Assembly (NCBI RefSeq): GCF_963506605.1
Contig: NC_083277.1
Location: 117,676,001-117,740,000, forward strand
Length of the DNA: 64,000 bases
From: Zootoca vivipara
Taxonomy: Eukaryota
Reading direction: 5' to 3'
The notes beneath the pieces were generated by a model, which worked only from the letters and a program-made list of their open reading frames with translations, was not told the origin of the DNA and searched no databases. Below, piece by piece: positions 38,310 to 48,407 of the stretch (position 1 is the first letter of the stretch; every line of letters starts with the position of its first letter). Position numbers and translations under genes: made by a program.

Positions 38310-38689
38310 CTGGCGTGATAAAGAGGGGGGAGAAACATATACGTCAGAATCTTCCTCCATCCTGCTACCCATTTCCAATTACGTAAGAGTAGGAATGCCA
38401 AGCCACCATGAAAAGGTCATCCTGGTTATGGGTGTTTTTTTAACCTTTGAACCTTTTGGCAGCTTTTTTTTTTGTATAACAGGCAAAGGGCAGAATTAAC
38501 TTTGTGCTCACAGAATGGCTTTGGATCCACCTCTGGTAGCCAAAGAGGAGGGAAGGGGACTTTCTCCCTCCCCTGTCACACCACCTTCCTCCTTATTCTG
38601 AAGGGGCCCCAAATCTGGAGCCCATTGCGAGGAAGGCATTGCAGGGCAGAGTGAGGCTCCAGGGAAACTGTCTCTCCTCATCTGGCATG

Positions 38690-39153
38690 CAGGGCCGGTG
38701 CTAGGGCTTTTTGCGCCCTAGGCAAAATCACCTCCTGGCGCCCCTGCGTCCCCTCCATAGGCGGGAGGAGCGCAAGCCAAAAGGAGAGTTCAGCGCCCTC
38801 CCGCCTATGGAGGGCATGCTGTGAGCTCCTCAGTGGTGGCTGCCGCGAGTGAGTGGCAGCAGCAGCAGCAGCAGCAGCGCCCATAGCTTAAGGCTTCAGC
38901 TACAGGCGCTGCCGCCGCCGCCACCGCTCACTCGTTGCAGCCGCTGAGGAGCTCACAGCGTCCCCTCCGTAGGCGGGAGGGCGCTGAACTCTCCTTCTGG
39001 CTCGCGCTCCATAGGACCTCCATAGGCGGGAGGAGCGCGAGCGCGCACCTGGGAGGGCGGTGGTGGTGCGGGGGTTTTGCGGGGTTTTGCGCCCCCTCCA
39101 TTTACGCGCTCTAGGCAACTACCTAGTTTGCCTAAATGGGCGCACCGGCCCTG
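38690..39153. mobile_element. GC-rich non-autonomous hAT element
   Basis: TIR CAGGGCCGGTGC/GCACCGGCCCTG; perfect TSD CTGGCATG. Confidence 0.88.
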
Positions 39154-39469
39154 CTGGCATGAGTGGAGAAGCATCCACAGGATGCGAAATCAAATCATGC
39201 GGCTTTCTGCAGAGAATCCTGGAAACCGCAGCTTACCTCTCACAGAGCTACAATTCCCAGCACCATTAACAGACAACAGTTCCCAGGATTCTTTGGGGGA
39301 AATAAATGTGCTTGAAATTTATGGTATGGATAAGTCACCTCCCGCCATCTCCGACCATGCTGCTTGTGGCCAACAGGAAATCCTGCAGGCAGGGGCAGCA
39401 CATCCCTGTCACCCCATGCCACCCCACCCCTGTGCCACTCCACCACCCTCACCTGGGAACCAAAGAGGT

Positions 39470-40024
39470 CATGGGCGTAGGCAGGGGCGGCAGGAGGGAA
39501 GGGGGCAGTTGCCCCCCCTAGAAGCAGGGCCGCTGGTGGCCAGCCTGCCCCGCTGCCCGCCGCCGCCCGGTGCCGTCTCCCTTCTCCCTTGCTGGCTGTG
39601 GGGCGGGTGGAGGGAAAGCCAGCTTTACCTCCACCTGCCCCGGCGATCGCGGAGGGGGAGGAGGGGATCGGAACAGCCCGATTTCGGGCTGATCCTGGTG
39701 CCCCCTCACCCATGCCGGTTGCGGAGGGGGAGGAGGGGGTCGGAGCAGCCCGATTTCGGGCTGATCCTGGCGCCCCCTCGCCCCTGCCGGGGGAGGAGAG
39801 GGTCGGAGCAGCCCAATTTCGGGCTGATCCTGGTGCCCCCTCACCCATGCCGGTTGCGGAGGGGGAGGAGGGGGTCGGAGCAGCCCGATTTCGGGCTGAT
39901 CCTGGCGCCCCCTCGCCCCTGAACAACCATGGCTTTCCTTGCCCCACTGTGGCCCCTCCCCCTGTGCCTTGGCCCCGCCCCTTGCCACTTGCCCCCCCTA
40001 ATTTTGATCCTGGCTATGTCCCTG
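39470..40024. mobile_element. hAT element containing a GC-rich minisatellite
   Basis: same termini as 31055-33168; perfect TSD AAAGAGGT; four ~63-69-bp units at 39650-39920. Confidence 0.85.
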
Positions 40025-41320
40025 AAAGAGGTGGTCTCCCCATGGGTGCTCTGCCCACCCACCCCAGCAGAGCAGAAGTGCCAAAGAGATCTTGCAAGGT
40101 TTCTCTGCTGGCTGAGCTGGCAGGCTGAGGTCTCCATGGGGATGCTGCCTGTTCAGCTCCTGCTGCCTGAGGTGGCTCTTTCACCCTGGCTCATGGGTGG
40201 GCCAGTACTGTCTGGAGGGCACCAGGCTGAGGAAGGCTGTGCTGAAACAAAGCGCCTTCAGGAAGTGCAAGGGGACCAATTGGAGTCCACCAAAAATGCT
40301 GGACTGGCTGTCAGAATTTAGGGAATAAAACTGATGTATTGATTTATTTAAAAAGTTAAAACCATCAGTATCATTTTCAGTGAGTGTGTATGTTTGAACC
40401 TGTAGCCCACACATAAACACTCAAATGCCATCTTTTTTACCTCTACCAGAGCACGCAAGGCTGTGCTGTATGTTTCCTTGATCTCTGCATCTTCTGCACT
40501 CTCAGGGTTGGGAACATAGGAATCTGCCTTATATTGGACCATTTAGCTTAGTGTGGACTGCATTGGCTTGCAGCAGCTCTCCAAGGTTTCTGACCATGGA
40601 CATTCTCAGCCGTATCTGGAGGTGCTGGGGACTGAACCTGGGGCTTTCTGGACACCAAGGCGATGCTCTGACACTGAGCTGCAGAGCTTTAGCAAAAACA
40701 GTCTCCACAGACTTAGCTAAATGTCAGGCTTAATGAGCACAGGAACTCATCCCTAGTGGTCTTACTCCATGAAAATCAGTTGCTGAGACCCTACCTCCTC
40801 ACAGCCATCTAAAGTTCCCTCCTCTCCAGGGCTTTCCCCAAGCAGTCGGAGACTGCACCCGCATGCAGCCAACCTCTCCTCTGCCCTTTTCATGCCTTTC
40901 CTGCTTCTGGGAGACAGGAGGGAGGGGAGCTTGTTGCCACAGGAGGGGGAGATAGCCATGTCTCTTCCCCAGTCAGACTCATCTCTGCCTCTTGACCTCC
41001 CTCCTCTCACTCACCTGCTTCAGCTTCTGCCTCTGATTCTGAACTTCTCTCTGCCACAGGCTCTCCAGTTCACTGAGCCCTATAGCCCCATCGGCTCCTG
41101 ACACCTCATCTACCCAGTCTTCTCCTTGCAACCACCAATTGTCCCACTGCCACTCCCTGGGCTCTGAGCCTTTTTCCTATGGTGGTCTCCCAGCTGGTTC
41201 TTCCCACCATTCCTCTATGTTTGCTACAGGCTTTGCTGCTCCCTGAGCCCATAAACTCCACCCAAAACAGTTCTCTGATTTACAGATGACATGCTGTAGG
41301 CAGTAAAGGAGAAAACGTAC

Positions 41321-41419
41321 CTTTGGAGAGGGCCACCACAAAGCCAATGACAATCAGCAGGTAGGAGACACCCAACAGTGCATAGATCAGGAGAAATGGC
41401 CTCTGAATAAGATTTCTCC
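41321..41419 (-). CDS. hepatic lectin-like C-type lectin, exon 2 (transmembrane)
   Basis: GRNLIQRPFLLIYALLGVSYLLIVIGFVVALSK; 99 nt, phase 1-1; GTACGT donor; AAG acceptor after a pyrimidine tract. Confidence 0.85.
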
Positions 41420-43227
41420 CTTCATAAGAGGAAAATGAGATGATGGGAACTTGACCCCATGCAGACTTCTCTTTGGTAAAAAGTATGGGCACGCATTTGG
41501 AGCAGACCTCTCCATTTGTCACATTCCATGTTGTCTTGCTTGCATCTTATCTTTTCAGCTAATTTATGGAATGAAGCACTTAGCCAAATGAGACTGTTCA
41601 CACAGCCCTGTTTGGCTGGGGGACTGGATTCTCTTAAGGTTTCCTCACTGGCCTTCAAGAAAGGATTATGGCTGGTGCATTTTCCCTTCATAGGAGCTTC
41701 TAATCACTTTTACAGGCATACGGAGATGGAGGAGAATTTTGTTTGGTCTGCATGTTAAAGCTAACCAACCTAATCTGCAACTATGGGACAAAGACCTGGA
41801 TCCAAACCAGAGAAGGATAAATCCACTAAGCTCGGTTTCTCATTTTCCCATTTTTAAATTCAATTTCCCACATTTCACACTGCATCAGTGTGCAATTTTT
41901 TTTAAGTCCTCAGAAAAATTTGTGTGAACATAATTTCTACACTATTCCTAATCAGAACATAATTCTGCCCTACTCTGAATTTTGTGATAACAGTTCTTGC
42001 GCAAAAATGCTTTTTTAGCTCAAAATGTTTAGAAATGTGTACATTGAGATACAGTATGTGTATTTAAATACTATCCTGTGACAAAGTATCTAAATACAAT
42101 TCTTATTTGATTGATGGAAGCATTGTATTTATACCCCATCTTTTTCTTCGAACCAGCTTAAGGTGACATACCTGGTTCCCCTCCTCCTTATTCCATCCCC
42201 ACAACAACCCTGTGAGGCAGGTTTGTCTGAGAGGCAGTGATTGGCCCAAGGTCACCCATCCAATTTTTTGTATGGATTAAAAAAAAAGATGAAAGTGGAA
42301 GCTGGATAGAAGGGACTTATGAATGCAGAATTGACAGAGCCTGGAAGTAGACTAATCCACCCCTCCCTCTATGCTTCTGGAGATATCCCCCCCCCCAAAA
42401 GCCTCATTTGGACAGAGGCTGGCTCTTCTAATTTATTTTATTGAGAGGGTAAATAGAGACTAATAGAGAGACTAACCATTTGTGGTTAATGATTTAGAAA
42501 TGTGACATTCAACCTTTTTAGGCTTTTCTTCATTAACCACAAATGGTTAGTCACTAATTTTGATGGGCAAAAAATGTGGCAAGCAAATATGTTGTGTGTG
42601 TGGCACAGAAGTCACAGCCCAGCGAGTGGGGACAGAATGAAGTTCTTTTGTGTTCATTGAGTCTGCACGCCAAAGCAGCAGGCCTAAGACAAATCTGCAC
42701 GGGGCTGCCTTGCGGTTTCAGCGTCTGCTCCTTGGCTCTTCAGGCTGGGGTGAGGATTTCCACACACTCCCACTGTGGCTGCCAAAATGAATGTATTATT
42801 TAGGGCAAGGAATAATTAGCAAGCCTAACTGCAAGGGTCCACTTAAGTGTATTAAGGCAATGGACTGCCACCCACACGTAATCAATATGGTAACATTCAG
42901 TTCAAAATACAAAACTCAAGAAACATTACAAGTACCGGGAAAAAAGCACCACAAACTCAGTAGCATTCCAGGTTAAAAGTGACTTTAAAAGCAGGTTAAA
43001 TGCAAAGATCTTTGCTTGGGGCTGAACAAGGCTCCAAACAAGCATAACTTGGGAGAATGTTCCAGAGATTGTGGGCTGCACTTCAAGCGGATTTAGTCGC
43101 CTGGAGAGAATCCTTCCTGATGGATTCTCATTCAGCTGATGGATCTCATTGAGAGAGGATCCTTCAGGAAAAAGCTACAAAACCTTTGGCAAATGCCAAA
43201 CAAGGGGAACAGGGAGATCATCTTTAC

Positions 43228-43270
43228 CTTTAGAAGTTTGAAAGTTATCTGTATACTTTTCTTCATCCAT
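43228..43270 (-). CDS. hepatic lectin-like C-type lectin, exon 1 (cytoplasmic tail)
   Basis: GAGATGG Kozak; MDEEKYTDNFQTSK-G then GTAAAG donor; resembles the chicken hepatic lectin N-terminus (MDEE..DN...KG); six exons total 648 nt = 215 aa plus stop. Confidence 0.82.
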
Positions 43271-44952
43271 CTCAGGAAGCTGTGTGAGGGGAAGGTGTTG
43301 TTTGCCTTTGGTGTTGTTTTGAAACACTTTTGAAAATAGGGACTTTTTGTCATTTTACTGGGGTTGCTCTGCATAAATGGTTAATGATTCATTTAGGAGA
43401 CCCCTGTTCTCCTACCCTCAGACTACCTCTTTCTAGAATATACCTCCCTCTTGAAAGCATGCCCACTGCACACAAATGCAGCAAGGTTCATGGGCAACTT
43501 GTCTTTTGATGAATCTGTAGCAGAATTTTGCAATTGTACCAGATTAGCAGAAGACAGGTCATTGCAAAAAGAGGGCCTTGTTCCCTGTTTTCAGCTAGGT
43601 AATTTCGGGAAATGGGATCACCCTAAGGCAGACGTCTGAAGGTGATTTTACTAGCTGCATGGGTTGATATGGGAGTACACAATCCTACCATTTTCCTGGG
43701 CTCAAGCTGTGAAGACTTGAATGCTAAAAGCAGTACTTTGAACAGTGTCTGGGAACAAAACTATAACTGGCGTAGTCATGAAAAGATACTCTAATAATTT
43801 TAGGGTGTTAAGCGGGGTGCCAGACCCCTCTAATCTCTGGATCTGGCAAGTCCTAGAATTTAATCAAGGCTTCCTATTCTTGGAACAGCAGGCTAGTTTT
43901 CTGGAGAGTTGACAGCTTGGGTGATGATCCATTCAGGGGGATTCAGGGGCAAATGGGCAGGATAGCAAATGGGTGGGGCCCCCTCTCTCAACAGATAAAG
44001 TCATAGTTTGGAGCAGTGATGTGACCTAGAAGCAAAGCAGCGAGCTGGAGTCAGAGCAACGCAGAAAGCAATGAGTGATTTTTGTCTGAATCCAAGACTG
44101 TGGCTGCAGGGGAAGCAAGGCCCTTTTGGGGTGTTGTGAACCCCTCCAGCATAGGCTCAGGTTGTATATATGTGTAAATAAACCATATATCATAAATACA
44201 ACAGTCTCCACTGTGCCTCAAATGTAAACACAAACTGGGTAAGCACAGAGGAGTATTTTGGTAATGTGGCACCCTGCGGACAAAATTTGGCATCCCTAAA
44301 TATTTCTTATGGATCTTCTCAGTAAGTATTATTATTATTAATATTATTTTGGACCCCCTTAGCTCAAGGCTCTTTGTGGGGGAACCACCTGCACCTCTCC
44401 CAACAAATTTAGGTTGATGTTCAATAGCTTGGGGGAGAAGATGCTTTTCTTGTCTTTATTTCCTTTATTTTGTACATGAGTAATAAGTGTAGGTGGCTAA
44501 GACTTTAAGATCAGAGGGACCCTAAATCTCTCTTTTGGCATTCCAGGAGTTAGCAGACAGCAACAGCAGTCTAAATCAATAGCTATTGTTGGTTTAGGCT
44601 ACTTGCCAATATTATAATGCTTTCTAACCCAGAGAACAGTTAAGTAAGCTGTTTACTGGATGATATGTGTGCCCATAGGATTTTTCAGAAGTGTAAAATC
44701 TTACCTATGCCATGTAATTTAGGTTAAAATGCATGTACCACAAGAGCATAGCCAGGAGGAATTATTGGAAGTTGAGCTAATATGGTGTGTGTGTGCTTGG
44801 ATACAGCACTTCCCTGCTCCTCTGTTAATTTCCCTAATTTTTCTTCTTGTGCGTAAAAATGTTGTTGGTTTTTTTTTTGAGTTTTTTTTGTATTTATTTT
44901 CACAAAAAAGATAAAAATATACAAACAGCACTTACATTCTGTATTATATCTT

Positions 44953-45141
44953 AAAGGTAAAGGGACCCCTGACCATTAGGTCCAGTCGTGACCGACTCTG
45001 GGGTTGCGACGCTCATCTCGCGTTATTGGCCAAGGTCATGTAGCCAGCATGCCTAAGCTGCTCCTGGCGAACCAGAGCAGCACACGGAAATGCCATTTAC
45101 CTTCCCACTGTAGCAGTACCTATTTATCTACTTGCACTTTG
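44953..45141 (-). mobile_element. Sauria SINE 3' part
   Basis: reverse complement of the body and tail of 35856-36224. Confidence 0.8.
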
Positions 45142-45144
45142 ACG

Positions 45145-45440
45145 TCTCCCTTTCCTCGCTTCCCTCACCGCTGTGCTATCTCATTTGGTTTACCACTCCT
45201 CTCAGCCAATCACCCATTCCCACCGCCCTTCTGAGTAATACCCCCCCCCCCACACCTCTGACTATACATAAGGGTCTGGTGACTTCTGTTTCAGTGTAGC
45301 TGAAGAAGTGTGCATGCACACGAAAGCTCATACCTATGACAAACGTAGTTGGTCTCTAAGGTGCTACTGGAAGGAATTTTTATTATTATTCTTTTTTGTT
45401 TCGACTACGTCAGACCAACACGGCTACCTACCTGTAGCAA
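45145..45440 (+). mobile_element. Penelope-like element terminal fragment with a minimal hammerhead motif
   Basis: CTGAAGA-A-GTGTGCATGCACAC-GAAAGCTCATAC...TAAGGTGCTAC, as recalled for vertebrate PLE pseudo-LTRs. Confidence 0.6.
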
Positions 45441-45880
45441 GTTGGACTACATTTTACTAAAAGCAGGCCCACTGCAATGAATGGACTCAAGTCTGCTACA
45501 CTTTGCTCTGAGTGGGACTTACATTGGAAAGGCTGCAAAACCAATGGACTTCAGTTCAGTATGCTATGCAACGGATGTTTGTTTTTTTAGGTAAATAAAC
45601 TGATATGATAACACTCTTGAAGTTTCAGCATGTTTCCTTTTAGAGGTGCAATCATCTTGCCAGTTGGATCTACTCTGAGTAGAATTAGCACAGAATACAA
45701 CCCTCAGCTTTTCTGCTGTGACGATGTTCCAGAGCACATGCAGCCAGACTTTGAAAGTCATGTTGTCAGTGAGTGTGCAGCTCCTTGCCATTTCTCTCTG
45801 GGTTCCCATCAACTTAAATGAGATCAAGACCATGCATGTGATGGTTTCATTGCATCTCGCTCCTCACAATGGGCACAGGC

Positions 45881-46699
45881 TCACGGTGTAGACACCACAC
45901 TGGAATCTCCAAGGGAGACAGCACTTGTCACAACACAGCCTGGCAAATCCGCCTGGATTTTGTGGATCACCTGATCCTGGAACTCTAACCCCCTTATATC
46001 AAGATGTCTGAGCCGGGGCAATTTCTGGCAAACGGCCACAATGGCTTCTGAGGAAAGCTTGCAGCAGGACTGCAGGCAGAGGTCCTCCAAGTCTAGTAAG
46101 CTGCTTAAACAAGAAAGACCTCTGCTCTCCAGAGAAGGATTGTCCCCGAGGTCCAAACTTTGCAGGTGCCGCATGTGGAACGCAATGACAGGTGTGAGTA
46201 AATTGCCAATGCTACAGTGACGCAGGGTGAGGTGCTCTAGGCCTCCTAGGTGTGCTGCTGCTGCCTGGAAACCTTCAACAGTTATCCGGTACGCCTTGGA
46301 CAGGACCAGAGTCCTGAGATTGCCCTGGATGGAGATGTTCAGTAGGTGCTGGCTGGAGAAGGCAGGGACATTCTGGATTACAAGGTGCTGAATCTGTGGA
46401 AAGACAGGGCAGGTCTTCGAGGCTTCAGACACTTGGAACCACAGGGAAGGGATCTCACAGGAGCTCAGTTCCAGGGTCGTGACAGAGGAAGGGATGCAAT
46501 CATAGGAGAGGGAGCGAAGGTCTGTCTCTGTCAGGCACAGGCGGTGGAGATTGGGGCATTGCCTGCCCAAGGCCTGCATTAGTGCTGGGGTAAAAACTTC
46601 TTGCTTGCGAATGGAGTGGAGGGATCCCCGTGCCTTCAGCGTCTGCAGGCTGCCTCGAAGATTGTTCCGCAGCAAGTGCCATAGGACCTTGGAGGACAT
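45881..46699 (-). CDS. FBXL12: F-box/LRR-repeat protein 12, exon 3 (last; LRRs)
   Basis: 272-aa ORF MSSKVLWHLLR...ALGRQCPNLHRLCL...LELSSCEI with LRRs; CTTAG acceptor at 46700-46701; phase 0 matches exon 2. Confidence 0.93.
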   Translation of the reverse strand: MSSKVLWHLLRNNLRGSLQTLKARGSLHSIRKQEVFTPALMQALGRQCPNLHRLCLTETDLRSLSYDCIPSSVTTLELSSCEIPSLWFQVSEASKTCPVFPQIQHLVIQNVPAFSSQHLLNISIQGNLRTLVLSKAYRITVEGFQAAAAHLGGLEHLTLRHCSIGNLLTPVIAFHMRHLQSLDLGDNPSLESRGLSCLSSLLDLEDLCLQSCCKLSSEAIVAVCQKLPRLRHLDIRGLEFQDQVIHKIQADLPGCVVTSAVSLGDSSVVSTP

Positions 46700-46710
46700 C
46701 TAAGTACAGG

Positions 46711-47138
46711 TGTGAGGGACAGGGGATATCGCGAAGTCCCTCCCCTCCTGAGTTCAAGCCCGTCCCCGAGCAAAGGGGAAAGCAGGGAGAGTTCCGATTC
46801 CAGTGGGGAAGCAGGAAGTCGTGTCCGAGGCTCAGGCAAGGTAGAGGAGCCAGGGTCCCAGGTGGGACAGGAAGGGGCAAGTAAGGGGGGAAGACCCATC
46901 CCCCCAACTCCAGAATTACGCAGGAAGAGGAGGGGCAAGAGGATGGGTCTGCCAAAGCTTTTGTGTTGGAGAAAGACGCGCCAAAAGCCATTAGGAGGTT
47001 CTGAAACCGACTGACAACATCGCTCCGTGTAAATAGCAATGACTTGAGCACTGTAAATACGCAGCACCAATAAAAGAATAAAATGCAGAGCTGCGTAGCG
47101 TCGTTACTCTGAAGTAGTCCACTCCGGCCACTGTGACA
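46711..47138 (+). repeat. 5' LTR
   Basis: TGTGAG...GTGACA; appears identical to 52093-52520; AATAAA at 47069 and 47077. Confidence 0.97.
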
Positions 47139-47180
47139 GCAACCTCCTAATCATTTTTGGGCTACTTTGGAGTTGCCGGG

Positions 47181-48407
47181 ATGAGCGTGTCAGAGGCGGA
47201 GAAGTGGCGGCAGATCGCTGAGCAAGCCCAGCTAGAACTGCAACAGCTGTCGCTGCAGGCGCAGGGAGAATTGAAGGCAGCTAAAGAGGAGACTAAGAAG
47301 GTCCAGGACGACCGGCTACAACTTGCGGAACAGGTGAGAGAGCTCCAGGAAAAAGAGCAGCATTTAAGGGCGGTGGCGGTAGACCTCCAAAACAAGCTGG
47401 ATGCAGAGAAAAACAAGGCGGGAGGGGCACCCCAAGTCCAAGTGCTGCCAGGAAGGAGAGCCGGGACCCTAGTAAGCAAGTTCAATGGAGACCCGAAGGA
47501 GTTTCAGGGCTTTGAGACTGAGATTGTGTATGCTCTTGAGCTGCACCACGATGAGTTCCCTGATGATGAGCACAGAGTAGCGTTTATTGTGGAGCACCTT
47601 ACAGGGGCGGCCAGGGAGTGGCTAAGACCGTTAATTGCAACAAGGAATCCTTGCATGAAGAATGTCAAACTATTTCTAGAAGGTTTGAAAACGATGTATT
47701 CGTCCGATAGTCATATGGACCAGACTAAGGAGGAACTTCATAATTTACGCCAAGGAAATATGACAGTTCGCGCGTATTGGGCGAAATTCACCATGCTGGT
47801 GCACAGATTGGGGTGGGATCTGGAGTCTGCCCCAATGCAAGCGGCGTTTTACTTGGGGTTGCATGAGGAGGTGAAGGATGAGCTCTCGAGAGGTCCAAAG
47901 CCCAGTAATATGGATCAACTGAGCAAAGCGGCTCTGGCGGTGGGGGTGAGGCAGGAATCCAGATGGAGCGACAAGCAAGCAACGCGCGCAAAGCGGGCTT
48001 GGTTCCCACGGTCGCAGGAGAAGCCACTCCCTCAACAACCCTTTCAAGCCACGCCTGGGGCCAGTCAGGACCAGGAACCCATGCAGATTGATAGCGCGCG
48101 CGCGCGGGCTTTTCAAACCCCAGCGGCGCCAAGACGCAAGGAGGGAAGGGGTGGGAATTGCTTTCTCTGCAACTCCCCCCAGCATCTCGTCAGAGACTGC
48201 CCACATCGCAGGGAGTGGCAAGGAAAGGCGGGAACGGTTGTGCCCTCCCCCACTGACGCAGCACCACAGCAGGGAAACGGGAAAGCCTGGCTGCAGGAGA
48301 CAAGGGGCGGCAGCCAGGCACAGTCAGCAGACAACAGCCCCAGCCCACCCACCCGCACAGAGAGGAGCAGAGCCAGCCCACCCCTCCCAGAGCAGGAGTG
48401 GTTCTAG
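47181..48407 (+). CDS. retrotransposon Gag (coiled coil, capsid, CCHC zinc knuckle)
   Basis: first ATG at 47181; KFNGDP capsid-like motif, EPMQID, CFLCNSPQHLVRDC (CX2CX4HX4C). Confidence 0.93.
   Translation: MSVSEAEKWRQIAEQAQLELQQLSLQAQGELKAAKEETKKVQDDRLQLAEQVRELQEKEQHLRAVAVDLQNKLDAEKNKAGGAPQVQVLPGRRAGTLVSKFNGDPKEFQGFETEIVYALELHHDEFPDDEHRVAFIVEHLTGAAREWLRPLIATRNPCMKNVKLFLEGLKTMYSSDSHMDQTKEELHNLRQGNMTVRAYWAKFTMLVHRLGWDLESAPMQAAFYLGLHEEVKDELSRGPKPSNMDQLSKAALAVGVRQESRWSDKQATRAKRAWFPRSQEKPLPQQPFQATPGASQDQEPMQIDSARARAFQTPAAPRRKEGRGGNCFLCNSPQHLVRDCPHRREWQGKAGTVVPSPTDAAPQQGNGKAWLQETRGGSQAQSADNSPSPPTRTERSRASPPLPEQEWF

Noticed and set aside
39077-40137. Repetitive ORFs and a CRISPR-like repeat pattern
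   Set aside because: GC-rich minisatellite without unique spacers, inside a TSD-bounded transposon in a eukaryote
44700-44760. GTAAG donor as an alternative lectin first coding exon
   Set aside because: In-frame stop shortly upstream; the exon at 43228-43270 fits homology and phase
46500-47070. Antisense ORFs across the LTR and FBXL12 exon 3, repeated at 51715-52550
   Set aside because: Non-ATG starts and no recognisable domain; by-products of the purine-rich LTR
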